Of a stretch of 64,000 bases of DNA, positions 17,860 to 27,321 are shown one piece after another. The stretch covers positions 424 through 64,423 of IMG/VR virus record IMGVR_UViG_3300046517_001709; one strand, written 5' to 3'. Source of the DNA: a virus (taxonomy: Duplodnaviria > Caudoviricetes). Numbering within the stretch: the first letter of the stretch is position 1; the number at the start of each line of letters is the position of its first letter. The position numbers and the translations under genes were made by a program. Under the pieces are notes generated by a model that worked only from the letters and a program-made list of their open reading frames with translations, was not told where the DNA came from and did not search any database.

Positions 17860-19045
17860 CGTCCCGGCCAGCGCGGCCGATGGCTGCCCGCACTGCCCCG
17901 ATGGCCACAAGCGTCCCGACCGGCAGCCTTGGTCGGCGTGGGTCTCGGAAGCGCGTGATGGTGATGGGCAACCCATGACCATCCACGTGGCCAGATCCAA
18001 CGGGGCGCATGTCGCCGAATCCGACGCGCAGTGGATCCGCGAGCAGCTGAACGACCGGCCCCGCGGGCTGCCCAGCATCACCGATGGCATCACCGGCGCC
18101 GAGGCCGAGGCCTCCGCGATGTTCGACATGACCATCGGCGAGATTCGCGCGCTGAAGACGGAGCGTGACGCCGCAACCGCCCGCGCCGAGCAGGCCGAGG
18201 CCGAGCGGGACGACACGCAGCGCCGATTCGACGCGCTCGTGACCTCCGACAAGGCAAAACAGGGTGCTGCGGACTGGCTGCTGAACCGGCTCCACGGCGG
18301 CCGGCTCATCGACGACGGCACGTACACGTCGCTGTGCGGGCTCCTGAGGGACCGGATCGACGCCACCAGGTTCCTGACGCACTCGGAGGACTGGGGTCCG
18401 CTCACGGATCGGTACCGGGCTGCCGTGAAGCGCGCGAAGGATGCCGAGGCCGAGGTGGAGCGGCTGCGCAGGGAACTCGCCGATGCACGACGCGACCACG
18501 AGGAGATCGTGGAGGCGCTGAAGGAGCAGCGCGACGAGACCCACGACCTCGCCGATCGTAACGAGCAGCTGCGCGACGAGCGTGACGGCCACCGTCATCG
18601 CCAAGTCGAAGCCGAGCGCGCACTGATACTGCTGCTGCTCCGCGAGGAGGGCGCGCGCGTGGAGTTCACCGCCGCCGAGATGATCCGCGCGCCCCAGGAC
18701 GGATCGTTCGTGTCCTCGCGGACGGTCGCGGGAAGCGAGGTGCTGGAGTTCCGTGCCGCGCGTCCGGTGCGCGACGACGACCGGTGCCCGTGCGGCTGCC
18801 CGAAAACCGGCCCCGGATGCGACTGCCACTGGTGCAACGAGCCCACGAACGCGGAAGCTGCCGAGCAGGCGGCACCCATGGTGCTGCCGAACGAGAGTTT
18901 CGACGCGCTCGCAGAGAGCATGGACGCGCCGGCCCAAGCGGTTCCCGAGCTCGTTGACCTCTTCAGGCGCCCCCGGATCACGCCTCCAGCCGATAGCGAC
19001 ATTGAGCGCGACGGCGACCGGCGCGAAGGGGACGACGATGCCTGA
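17852..19045 (+). CDS. hypothetical coiled-coil protein with Cys motifs
   Basis: GGAGGAG RBS; CPHC N-terminus; heptad-like segments. Confidence 0.75.
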   Translation: MPDVPASAADGCPHCPDGHKRPDRQPWSAWVSEARDGDGQPMTIHVARSNGAHVAESDAQWIREQLNDRPRGLPSITDGITGAEAEASAMFDMTIGEIRALKTERDAATARAEQAEAERDDTQRRFDALVTSDKAKQGAADWLLNRLHGGRLIDDGTYTSLCGLLRDRIDATRFLTHSEDWGPLTDRYRAAVKRAKDAEAEVERLRRELADARRDHEEIVEALKEQRDETHDLADRNEQLRDERDGHRHRQVEAERALILLLLREEGARVEFTAAEMIRAPQDGSFVSSRTVAGSEVLEFRAARPVRDDDRCPCGCPKTGPGCDCHWCNEPTNAEAAEQAAPMVLPNESFDALAESMDAPAQAVPELVDLFRRPRITPPADSDIERDGDRREGDDDA

Positions 19046-19520
19046 GTCGGCAGCACGACGGCGCCTGCGCGAGGAGCGCGAGAAGGCCACGGCAGGACGC
19101 GAGACAGCCGAGGCGACCGTCCGCGAGCTGGCCGATAAGGCCATCGCCTGCGACGTCGAGGGCTACCCGATCCAGGCTATGACCGGCATGCGCCTCGGCG
19201 AGATCGACACCATGGACGGTGAGCACGAGGCCATTGGTGAACTCGTCACCGAGGTCCGGCGCCTGCTGGTAATCGAGGCCGCGTTCAACGAGACCATGAA
19301 CCCGACGGTGCCGTACAACCTCGGCCACCGCGCTTCCTGGGACTGCGCGCACGGTGTGCGCATCGTGCCCATCAGCACCCTGGCCGTGAAGATCGCCGAG
19401 AAGCGTGACGCGCTGGCCAAGCTCCGCGGGGCCTGCCGCGAGGTTGACCGCCTGCGGGACGTGGAGAAGCGGCTGCGCGCCCGGCTGGCCGAGCTGGGGG
19501 ACGGTGGGGACGGTGCCTGA
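19038..19520 (+). CDS. hypothetical protein
   Basis: Overlap; RBS. Confidence 0.65.
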   Translation: MPESAARRRLREEREKATAGRETAEATVRELADKAIACDVEGYPIQAMTGMRLGEIDTMDGEHEAIGELVTEVRRLLVIEAAFNETMNPTVPYNLGHRASWDCAHGVRIVPISTLAVKIAEKRDALAKLRGACREVDRLRDVEKRLRARLAELGDGGDGA

Positions 19521-19908
19521 GCCCGCGATCCTCGGCCCGCACGACGAGCCCCAGGACTCCGGCGCACTCGTCGCGGTCCACTACGGCGACTACCACCACC
19601 AGGAAATCTGGGTCCGCAGCGGCGCCAACATCGGGAACTGGTACCCGCTCGGCGGCGAGTTCGGACGGCCGCGGGCCTGGAGCGACCCGCGCAACGAGGT
19701 GGAGAAGATGATCGATTTCGGCCGAGGCGTGAGGCCGCCGTGCCCGGGTCCCGGCGAAGTCCCGCTGCACCCGCACTGGGAGGATGTCCTGAAGCGCGGC
19801 CCGGTCACGCTGCTGGTAGCGGGCGATGCAGAAGTGCGTGCCGCCGGATGGGCGGCCGGACGGCGGCGGCTGCTGGAGCAGATCGAAGGGCAGATCGATA
19901 ATGACTGA
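19513..19908 (+). CDS. hypothetical protein
   Basis: Overlap. Confidence 0.65.
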   Translation: MPEPAILGPHDEPQDSGALVAVHYGDYHHQEIWVRSGANIGNWYPLGGEFGRPRAWSDPRNEVEKMIDFGRGVRPPCPGPGEVPLHPHWEDVLKRGPVTLLVAGDAEVRAAGWAAGRRRLLEQIEGQIDND

Positions 19909-20164
19909 CCCGAACCCGTGGGTCGCCGCCCTCACGGCGCTGGAGGGCTACCACGGCCTCGACGAGCCGACGCCGGAACAGGAAGCGGCGTTCGAGACGC
20001 TGCGCGCCGGTGTCATGCGCGACGGCCGCACCTGGGGCGAGCACCTGCGCGAGGCCGGAGAGCGCGCGATGCCGACCGAACCCGGGCGCCCCGACGACAT
20101 GGACGGGCTCCGGGCCCGGCTGGAAGCGCTGCGAGGCGGCGAGGAGGGCGATGTCCGTGCGTAG
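19901..20164 (+). CDS. hypothetical protein
   Basis: Overlap. Confidence 0.6.
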   Translation: MTDPNPWVAALTALEGYHGLDEPTPEQEAAFETLRAGVMRDGRTWGEHLREAGERAMPTEPGRPDDMDGLRARLEALRGGEEGDVRA

Positions 20165-20336
20165 CCCCGTCCCGCCCAAGACGCGCGGCCTGTGCGGCAC
20201 CTGCAAGCGCGACTACCGGGTACGCCGCGACGGCCGGCTGCCCACCCACGGACGCCAGCGGGAGTGCGGCGGGAGCCGGGAGTGGCCGCAGGCGTACAAG
20301 GCGCCCGGCGGCAAGTGGAAGGCGGCGCTGCCGTGA
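20151..20336 (+). CDS. small Zn-finger protein
   Basis: CGTC...H....C.GS. Confidence 0.65.
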   Translation: MSVRSPVPPKTRGLCGTCKRDYRVRRDGRLPTHGRQRECGGSREWPQAYKAPGGKWKAALP

Positions 20337-20575
20337 TCCCGGCGCCTATGGGCATCTTCGGCATCTGTCTCGCCTGGATCGTGACGCAGATCTGGGCCAT
20401 CCCGCACCTCGTGCTGGCCAGACGTAGCAGCGCGGCCCGGAGAGGCCGCGGTGGTCCTGCCGGGCGTCCCGGCGGCTACGACACGATGCGCGTCCGGCCA
20501 CCGAGCGCGTACCCGACCATCGGCGCGGAACCGACACGCGCCGCAGACCCGAACAGGATGGACCTCGCAGCATGA
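20333..20575 (+). CDS. small membrane protein
   Basis: N-terminal hydrophobic stretch. Confidence 0.5.
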   Translation: MIPAPMGIFGICLAWIVTQIWAIPHLVLARRSSAARRGRGGPAGRPGGYDTMRVRPPSAYPTIGAEPTRAADPNRMDLAA

Positions 20576-21777
20576 ACGACACGCCTTCGGACGCCGAAGC
20601 GTCCGGTCCCTCTGCTTCGCCCGATGGGGATGCCCACCCGCAGCGCATCGGCGGCTGCCAGTGCGACTGGATGGAGGCAGAGAACCGGCGGTTGTGGAAA
20701 CGTGCTGCCGAGGCCGATTACGCGGCCGTCCGGGCCGACCTGCGCGGTGCCCAGCTGCGGCTCGTACTGAGTTCGGCCTTATGCAGCTTCGCCAAGCCGC
20801 GGCGACGCTTCAGGTCCGACGGCTGGCGCATCGGCCGCATCGAGACCGTAACGCTCCAGCGGTGGTGGCGGACCTGGGAATCCGCGCGCCCGGAGACATT
20901 TAACGTACAGGCTGATGCCGAGAGTGATGTCTTCCAGATGCTGGAGCGACTCCGGGAGACGGGACCGGCCGGGGTGGCGATTGCTGAGCACATCTTGGCC
21001 GACCGGGTGCGATCCTCTATGCGCGCTGCTGTCCGTTCGGAGGATGGAGACGGATCGCGGGTCGAATGGGGCGTGCGCTACGACGACGGGACGCTATCCG
21101 ACGCCGTCATCAACGATTTCGACGATGCGCTTCAGCAGGTCGGCCGGAACATTGACTGCGGCGCCCGGATCGTGACGCGCACTCGCGGCGGATGGAACGA
21201 CGTCGCCTGCTGCGTATGCGGTTCCGCCGCCGTGGTCTACAGCAACTACAAGGAGCAGCCGTTCTGCGCGCCGTGCGCCGACGGGGATGGCCACGTTGAA
21301 TCAGACGCACAGCGGGATGACGCCGAGGCCAAGGGCAAGTTCCTCCAGACGATGAGCCGGCTTCGAGAGACGGACCCGCTTGGCGCCGCGTTTGTCGAGC
21401 GCGTCATTGCCGAGCGAATCGAACACCCTATGTTCTCCGTCGCTATCGCGGAAGGTGCCCCCGGCGAAGAAGTCGCCGGTGAACAGCCCGGCTGCACGGG
21501 ACTCTTCCTGAATGAGGCGGCACTTCAGCATCGAGGCCCCTGGTGGCTTCCCGACGCGCCCGTGCCGGTTCTGGACCGCGCATCCTTCTATATCGGCAGC
21601 GATTCGCAGAACGACAGTGCCCACTGGGCCTACGTCACACACGAGCCGTGCGGGACCGACGTGTTCAGCGGGCAGCATGAACCGACCAATCCCAGCATGG
21701 ACATGATCTGGGCGGCGATGGCCGCGCACCGCTGCCCGGACCGCGGCGACGACAAGGGCGGTGGCGCTGATGCGTAA
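20572..21777 (+). CDS. mosaic hypothetical protein with C4 Zn-finger
   Basis: CCVCG..YxNY..FCAPCADG; internal RLRETxP repeat. Confidence 0.65.
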   Translation: MNDTPSDAEASGPSASPDGDAHPQRIGGCQCDWMEAENRRLWKRAAEADYAAVRADLRGAQLRLVLSSALCSFAKPRRRFRSDGWRIGRIETVTLQRWWRTWESARPETFNVQADAESDVFQMLERLRETGPAGVAIAEHILADRVRSSMRAAVRSEDGDGSRVEWGVRYDDGTLSDAVINDFDDALQQVGRNIDCGARIVTRTRGGWNDVACCVCGSAAVVYSNYKEQPFCAPCADGDGHVESDAQRDDAEAKGKFLQTMSRLRETDPLGAAFVERVIAERIEHPMFSVAIAEGAPGEEVAGEQPGCTGLFLNEAALQHRGPWWLPDAPVPVLDRASFYIGSDSQNDSAHWAYVTHEPCGTDVFSGQHEPTNPSMDMIWAAMAAHRCPDRGDDKGGGADA

Positions 21778-21946
21778 TGGCCTCATCGGCGGCACGTTCC
21801 TGGGCTTCGTCCTGTCGACGTTCGCAGTCCTTCTCACGGCCCTGATCGTCGGGGCGATGGACGGCGAGACCTTCGCGATCCTGGCCGCCACGATCGGCGA
21901 GACGTACGCCACCTGGGATTTCATCCACACAACCCGGGGAGGTTGA
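21770..21946 (+). CDS. small membrane protein
   Basis: Hydrophobic; overlap. Confidence 0.55.
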   Translation: MRNGLIGGTFLGFVLSTFAVLLTALIVGAMDGETFAILAATIGETYATWDFIHTTRGG

Positions 21947-21951
21947 GAGAA

Positions 21952-22296
21952 GTGACCGACGAACCCTTCGACCCGACGCACTGGCGGATCCTCGCCGTCG
22001 CCCTCATGCGCAGGCTCGGCGGCAAGGTCGAGCTCAGCCGGGACGAGATCGAAGAAGCCCGCGCGCTTCTTGACCCCATCGAGAACCAGACGCTGATGGT
22101 GTCCTACAGCGAATCGCAGCTCACCCCGTGGCCACCACCGCTGACCGTCGAGCTGCGCAGCCGGCCCCGTACTGTTCCTGAGGCACTGAGCGCCCTCGCG
22201 GACGAGATTCGCGGGTGGATTCCCGAAGAATCATCAATCTTCGACGGCTGGACCGACGATCGGATTCGACGCGACGACGAACCAAGCGCACACTGA
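21952..22296 (+). CDS. hypothetical protein
   Basis: GGAGG RBS. Confidence 0.65.
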   Translation: MTDEPFDPTHWRILAVALMRRLGGKVELSRDEIEEARALLDPIENQTLMVSYSESQLTPWPPPLTVELRSRPRTVPEALSALADEIRGWIPEESSIFDGWTDDRIRRDDEPSAH

Positions 22297-22394
22297 TCCA
22301 AAAGGTTGCTGCCCGCAGGCCGGACACCCTGCGGGCAGCGAAGCCAGGCGCCAGCTCGATCACACCGTAGCCGGATGATCGAGGTGTTAGTCAC

Positions 22395-22718
22395 ATGCCG
22401 TACCCGCTCACAGAAAACGCCCCCACCCCGCCGTACGACGGCACCGAAGCCTGCTCCGGCGTCGGCTGGGAACTGTTCTTCACCAAGGGCCGCGAGAACA
22501 TCGCCGGCGCGAAAGCGCTGTGCGGCGCCTGCCCCATGCTCGCCGCCTGCGACGCCTGGTCGCTGGTGCACGAGGAGTTCGGGTTCTGGGCCGGAAAGAC
22601 CGCCAAGGAGCGCAACCAGATCCGCCGCGAACGCGAGATCACCCTGCGGCGCCCCGAAGCCCGTGGCATCCGGCGGCCGTCCGTGGCCCCCGCCGAGCAT
22701 CTGGCGATCGCCGCGTGA
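22395..22718 (+). CDS. whiB: WhiB-family transcription regulator
   Basis: AC....ELFF..AKALCGACPM...C...GFWAG.T..ER. Confidence 0.92.
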   Translation: MPYPLTENAPTPPYDGTEACSGVGWELFFTKGRENIAGAKALCGACPMLAACDAWSLVHEEFGFWAGKTAKERNQIRREREITLRRPEARGIRRPSVAPAEHLAIAA

Positions 22719-23761
22719 GCCTCCCGCGCGTCTTCGGCTGGCTCGCCGACACCCAGGGCTGCGGCTACTACCGCGTCATGCTGCCGCTGTGCGAACTCGC
22801 CCGTCGCCGCGCCGCCGACACCGCATTCGACGGGCGCATGTTCGCCGACTACGCCACCGGCTCCCGGCCCGGCGAGATCCGCGTGGACCACGACGGGGAA
22901 CCCGCCGTCATCATCGGCCAGCGCGTCGCCCAGGCCGTCCCGTCCGAGACGTGGCAGCTGCTGGCCAAAGCCGACCGGTTCAGGCTCGTGTACGACATCG
23001 ACGACGACCTGTTCCGGGTCGACCCCGCCAACGAGCGGGCCTACGCCTACTTCGGCCGGCCCGACGTACGCCGCAGGCTGGCCGAGAACCTTGCCGCCGC
23101 CCACATGGTCACCGTGTCCACCGAACCCCTCGCCGTTCAGATGCGGCAGTACAGCGACAACGTCGTCGTCATCGGCAACTACCTCGACGCCGCGGTCCTG
23201 AAGTACCCGCGGCCCGAACGCGACGGCATCCTGACCGTCGGTTGGGGCGGCTCGTCGACACACGGCGCCGACTTCGCCGCGGTCGCGCCGCACCTGCGGT
23301 CATTCTTCAAGCGCCGGCCTGCCGTGCGCTGGCACTCCTTCGGCCACGACTACGGGCCGCTCACCGGCGCGACCAGGCGCAGGTTCACCCGCTGGCGCGA
23401 CATCGTCGAGGACCAGGCCGCGTACTGCGCGAGCATGCGCTGGGACATCGGCGTCGCACCCCTGGCCGACACCGTGTTCAACGCCTCCAAGTCGGATCTG
23501 CGGGTCCGCGAGTACTGCGCGGCGGGCATCCCGGCCGTCTATTCGCGTGTCGGCCCGTACGCGGCGGCCGTGGACGACGGTGTCACCGGGTTCCTTGCCT
23601 CGACGCGCAAGGAGTGGCTGGCGGCCCTGGACGCCCTAGCCGGCGACGAAGGGCTGCGCGAGCGCATGGGGAAGGCAGCACGCGAGGCGGCTGCGGAGTA
23701 CACGATCCAAGGTCATGGCGGTCAGTTGTGGCTTGACGCGCTGGGAAGCCTGAAGTGGTGA
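22715..23761 (+). CDS. glycosyltransferase (GT-B fold, GT4-like)
   Basis: GCGYYR, YDIDDDL, GWGGSSTH, DIGVAPL..FNASKSD..EY, DGVTGFL. Confidence 0.88.
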   Translation: MSLPRVFGWLADTQGCGYYRVMLPLCELARRRAADTAFDGRMFADYATGSRPGEIRVDHDGEPAVIIGQRVAQAVPSETWQLLAKADRFRLVYDIDDDLFRVDPANERAYAYFGRPDVRRRLAENLAAAHMVTVSTEPLAVQMRQYSDNVVVIGNYLDAAVLKYPRPERDGILTVGWGGSSTHGADFAAVAPHLRSFFKRRPAVRWHSFGHDYGPLTGATRRRFTRWRDIVEDQAAYCASMRWDIGVAPLADTVFNASKSDLRVREYCAAGIPAVYSRVGPYAAAVDDGVTGFLASTRKEWLAALDALAGDEGLRERMGKAAREAAAEYTIQGHGGQLWLDALGSLKW

Positions 23762-24462
23762 CCGAGACCCCCAGGCTCATGATGATCTGCCCCACGCGCG
23801 GCAGGCCCGAAAACGCCGTCCGGCTGCACGAGGCCTTCAAGGCCACCACGGGGCCCGAGGCGGCCATCGTGTTCGCAGTCGACCAGGACGATCCGAAGCG
23901 CTCTGCGTACGTCGAGACGGGCGTGCCGATGGTCATCGGGCCGCGGCTGCGGATCGGCGGCACCCTGAACCGGCTCACGGCCGACTGGAGAGACCGCGCC
24001 AGCATCTTCGCCTTCGGTTTCCTCGGCGACGACCACCTTGTCCAGACCGAGGGCTGGTCGCTGCGCTTCCTGGCCGAGCTCGACCGGATGGGCACCGGCA
24101 TGGTCTACGGCAACGACCTCATCCAGGGCGAGAACTTGCCGACCGCCATCGCCATGACCACGGACATCATCACCGCTCTCGGCTACATGGTGCCCGGCGG
24201 CCTGGTCCATCTGGAGATCGATACGGCCTGGAAGCTGCTCGGCCAGGCGATCGGGCGCCTGACCTACCTGCCGGACGTCGTCATCGAGCACATGCACCCC
24301 ATCGCCGGGAAGGCTCCGGACGACGCCGGCTACCGCGAGGCCAACGACCCGGCGCAGTACGAGGCCGACGGCCAGCGGCTCGCCGACTGGAAGCGGCTTC
24401 AGATGCCCGCCGACGTCGAACGGCTCAAGCACCTGATCGCGGCGAAGGAGAACCGGCCTTGA
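23758..24462 (+). CDS. glycosyltransferase (GT-A fold, GT2-like)
   Basis: ICPTRGRP, GDDH (DxD-like), EHMHP. Confidence 0.8.
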   Translation: MTETPRLMMICPTRGRPENAVRLHEAFKATTGPEAAIVFAVDQDDPKRSAYVETGVPMVIGPRLRIGGTLNRLTADWRDRASIFAFGFLGDDHLVQTEGWSLRFLAELDRMGTGMVYGNDLIQGENLPTAIAMTTDIITALGYMVPGGLVHLEIDTAWKLLGQAIGRLTYLPDVVIEHMHPIAGKAPDDAGYREANDPAQYEADGQRLADWKRLQMPADVERLKHLIAAKENRP

Positions 24463-25097
24463 GCGAGTGGCGTCTCTTCGAAGAGGGCGCCGTCCCGGAG
24501 TGGACGCGGCCGGAATGGTACGCCTCTCGTGACCGGGCGCCGCACTTGGAGCAGGAGCTGCACCGGCCGCGCCTGATGGAAGCCGCGGCGCAGGTCGCCG
24601 ACGTGGCCGCCGTCCACTTCGCGAAGACCCTCGTCGACCTCGGCGCCGGAGACGGCGGCCTGCTGCAACTTCTCCAGCGCGACGTTCCGATGCTCGACGC
24701 CTGGGGCTACGACCTCCAGCCGACGAACATCGCCGGCGCCGCACAGCGCGGGGTGACCGTCTACCTCGGCGACGTCGTCGACGGCGTGGAGTACCTCGGC
24801 AAATCCGAGGACGGCACGATGCAGAAGCTCCCGTTGCAGTGGGGCGAGATCGCCGTGGCCACGGAGTGCCTGGAGCATTTACTCGAGCCAGGGCGGTTCG
24901 TTCGCATCATCGCCGAGCACTGCCGCGTCCTGGTTGCGTCGTCGCCGCATACCGAGCGGCCGGGCGCCGCGTACGGTTTCCACACTTTTGCGTGGGATTT
25001 GGACGGCTACCGCGCGCTCCTGGAGCAGGGCGGCTTCGAGGTCGTACGGCACGAGACCGTCGGGATGTTTCAGGTGATCACCGGAGTGCACGCATGA
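24459..25097 (+). CDS. class I SAM-dependent methyltransferase
   Basis: VDLGAGDGGLL and TECLEHL. Confidence 0.88.
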   Translation: MSEWRLFEEGAVPEWTRPEWYASRDRAPHLEQELHRPRLMEAAAQVADVAAVHFAKTLVDLGAGDGGLLQLLQRDVPMLDAWGYDLQPTNIAGAAQRGVTVYLGDVVDGVEYLGKSEDGTMQKLPLQWGEIAVATECLEHLLEPGRFVRIIAEHCRVLVASSPHTERPGAAYGFHTFAWDLDGYRALLEQGGFEVVRHETVGMFQVITGVHA

Positions 25098-25600
25098 CGG
25101 CCGACGGCACGAGGCGAAGGGACCCGCTCGTCTGGATGGGACCCGATGGCGACAGGGTGCTGACGCTCGTCCGCCAGAAGCTGAGCCTCATGTACGGCCT
25201 GAGCCCGGACCTCGTCGACGAAGTCAGCGCCGAGGATCTGAACTCGATACTCGCGAGGCAAATCGTCCTGCGCATCCGCGGCCACGTGTTCGGCGAGCAG
25301 CTGCCTCCGCACTCCGAGACCCGCAGCATCCACATCCCCGACGGATGGCGCGAACACTGGCGGTGGGACCACCGGGAGCGATGGTGGATGCGCGGCTGGG
25401 TCCGTCGCCGGCCGATCCGCCTCCGCGAGGTCACCATCACGGCCACCTGGAAGAACATGGCCGCCTACCCGTGGCTGTCGCTGCGGACCCAGAACCTCCC
25501 GTACGACTTCGGGCAGGCCGTCCGGCTCGTACTGCCGCCGACTTCCACCCTGTCCGGCGAGGGCCTCCCCTACGCCCAGCAGTTCCAGGAGGACTGGTGA
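25094..25600 (+). CDS. hypothetical protein
   Basis: Overlap. Confidence 0.65.
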   Translation: MTADGTRRRDPLVWMGPDGDRVLTLVRQKLSLMYGLSPDLVDEVSAEDLNSILARQIVLRIRGHVFGEQLPPHSETRSIHIPDGWREHWRWDHRERWWMRGWVRRRPIRLREVTITATWKNMAAYPWLSLRTQNLPYDFGQAVRLVLPPTSTLSGEGLPYAQQFQEDW

Positions 25601-26295
25601 CCAGCCCCGAGCGGCTCGCTAAGCAAATCCGCACCTTCGACAACTCCGCCCCCGACGCCGATGAACGCATGAAGCAGATCATCAAGGACGCCGAGGACGG
25701 CGGCGAGAAGCACATGGAAGCGGTGCTGGACGCGCTCGCCAAGGACGACAAGTCCAGTACCGCCGGTCCGCCGTCTGTCTACGACGTTGCGACCGGCCGC
25801 CCGGCGTTCCACGAGTCGAACGTGCTGCTGGAGCTGCGTGTCCACGTCAACGGGCGGCTGTTCACCGCCCGCGAGTCCGTCGACCCGATGATGTTCGAGC
25901 CTCAGCTTGGCAAGGCCGGGTTCGAGACGTTCATCCGGTTCTTCATCCAGGCCAGCTGCGGCCGGCTGGCGATCGACCCCGAGGCGTACGCCTACTTCCG
26001 CAGCCTCGTCACAGTCGTTCACCCGGAGGACCAGCACGACCTCAAGCGCTGCGCCGACGGCCCGGCGGCCACTCCCTACTGCGACAAGGGGCTGATCTCC
26101 AAGGCGTCCCGCATCTTTCCGGCGGTTGACGCGGCGATCGAGCCGACGGTGACGCGGGAGGACGTCCTGGGCACCTGCCCGTGCCGCTGCCACCGGCGCA
26201 ACGGGGCCGCGGACCACCTCAGGCGGCTGGCCCAGGCGTACAAGCTGCCGACGTTCGATGAGGACATGCTCGACGAGAACGGATTCCCGCGATGA
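25597..26295 (+). CDS. hypothetical protein
   Basis: GGAGG RBS; CPCRCH motif. Confidence 0.7.
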   Translation: MTSPERLAKQIRTFDNSAPDADERMKQIIKDAEDGGEKHMEAVLDALAKDDKSSTAGPPSVYDVATGRPAFHESNVLLELRVHVNGRLFTARESVDPMMFEPQLGKAGFETFIRFFIQASCGRLAIDPEAYAYFRSLVTVVHPEDQHDLKRCADGPAATPYCDKGLISKASRIFPAVDAAIEPTVTREDVLGTCPCRCHRRNGAADHLRRLAQAYKLPTFDEDMLDENGFPR

Positions 26296-27320
26296 CGATC
26301 GAGACGAAGCCCGACGCCGTCGAGCGCGAACGCATCCACGCCTACACCACCGACTACCGAAAGCGTGAAGGCAGCCGACGTGGAACGCTCGTCGACCGCG
26401 GCTTCTGGATCCACCACCTGCCGCGCCTGATCCTCAACTGCCGACTGCTCGGCCACAAGGCCGTGGTTGACGGCACCGAGGGCTACGCCAACGGGACGTT
26501 CAGCCGCCCCGGCTACCGGTGGGTCTGCTGCGACCGCTGCGGCTTGCGGCCCCGACCCCAGGGCGATCTCGACCCGGTGCAGTGGGACGTCGGCGACCGC
26601 TACCGGGCGCCTCTGCCCGGGCCGTGGCCGCGCGCCACTGGTAGCTTCGGCGGGCAGATCGTCATCGGCAGGAGCTTCCCGGGCGCCTCCATCGGCGTTG
26701 CCGTGGGCAGTGCCGGCGACGACCACGGGCTGGCCGTGCACGTCCGGCTCAACCCGATCGGCGCGCTATACCTGCACGTCGATGAGTTCGGGACCTGGAT
26801 TCAGCGCAGGCTCAACCCCACCGGCTACGACACCCGTACTACCGAGCTCACCCTCGGCGACGGGCGCCTGTCTTGGCGGTTGTGGGCCAAGCGCGATGAG
26901 CACTCGGGCGCGACTCCGCGCTGGCGGGACGGCTCGACAGTGATCGACCCGCGCGAACGCCTGTTCGGCCCGGTGCTCGGCAGCTACGAAAAGGTGGGCG
27001 AGCCGGTGACCGCGACCATCCGGATGCCCGAAGGGGACGACCACGAAGTCATCCTCACGCTGGAGCGGAAACGCATTGGTCGCAGGCGTGGCGAGGGCAA
27101 GCTGTCGTGGGCCGTGGACTGGGCCAGCGAGAAGGGCATCCCGTTCCGGCACGACTCCTGGAAGGGCAACGAGGTGATGGCCTCGGGAGTCAGCGTGTCG
27201 GATGCTGCAGTCAAACAGGGCCGGTGGGCCGCCGAGGCCTGCGCGGCCATCGCCGCCGACGTCTCGGAGATGCGCACCCGGTACCGGTGGCGTTCGGTCG
27301 CCGACGAAGTGGAGATCTGA
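26292..27320 (+). CDS. hypothetical protein
   Basis: CRLLGH..CDRC motif; long ORF with codon bias. Confidence 0.75.
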   Translation: MTIETKPDAVERERIHAYTTDYRKREGSRRGTLVDRGFWIHHLPRLILNCRLLGHKAVVDGTEGYANGTFSRPGYRWVCCDRCGLRPRPQGDLDPVQWDVGDRYRAPLPGPWPRATGSFGGQIVIGRSFPGASIGVAVGSAGDDHGLAVHVRLNPIGALYLHVDEFGTWIQRRLNPTGYDTRTTELTLGDGRLSWRLWAKRDEHSGATPRWRDGSTVIDPRERLFGPVLGSYEKVGEPVTATIRMPEGDDHEVILTLERKRIGRRRGEGKLSWAVDWASEKGIPFRHDSWKGNEVMASGVSVSDAAVKQGRWAAEACAAIAADVSEMRTRYRWRSVADEVEI

Positions 27321-27321
27321 C

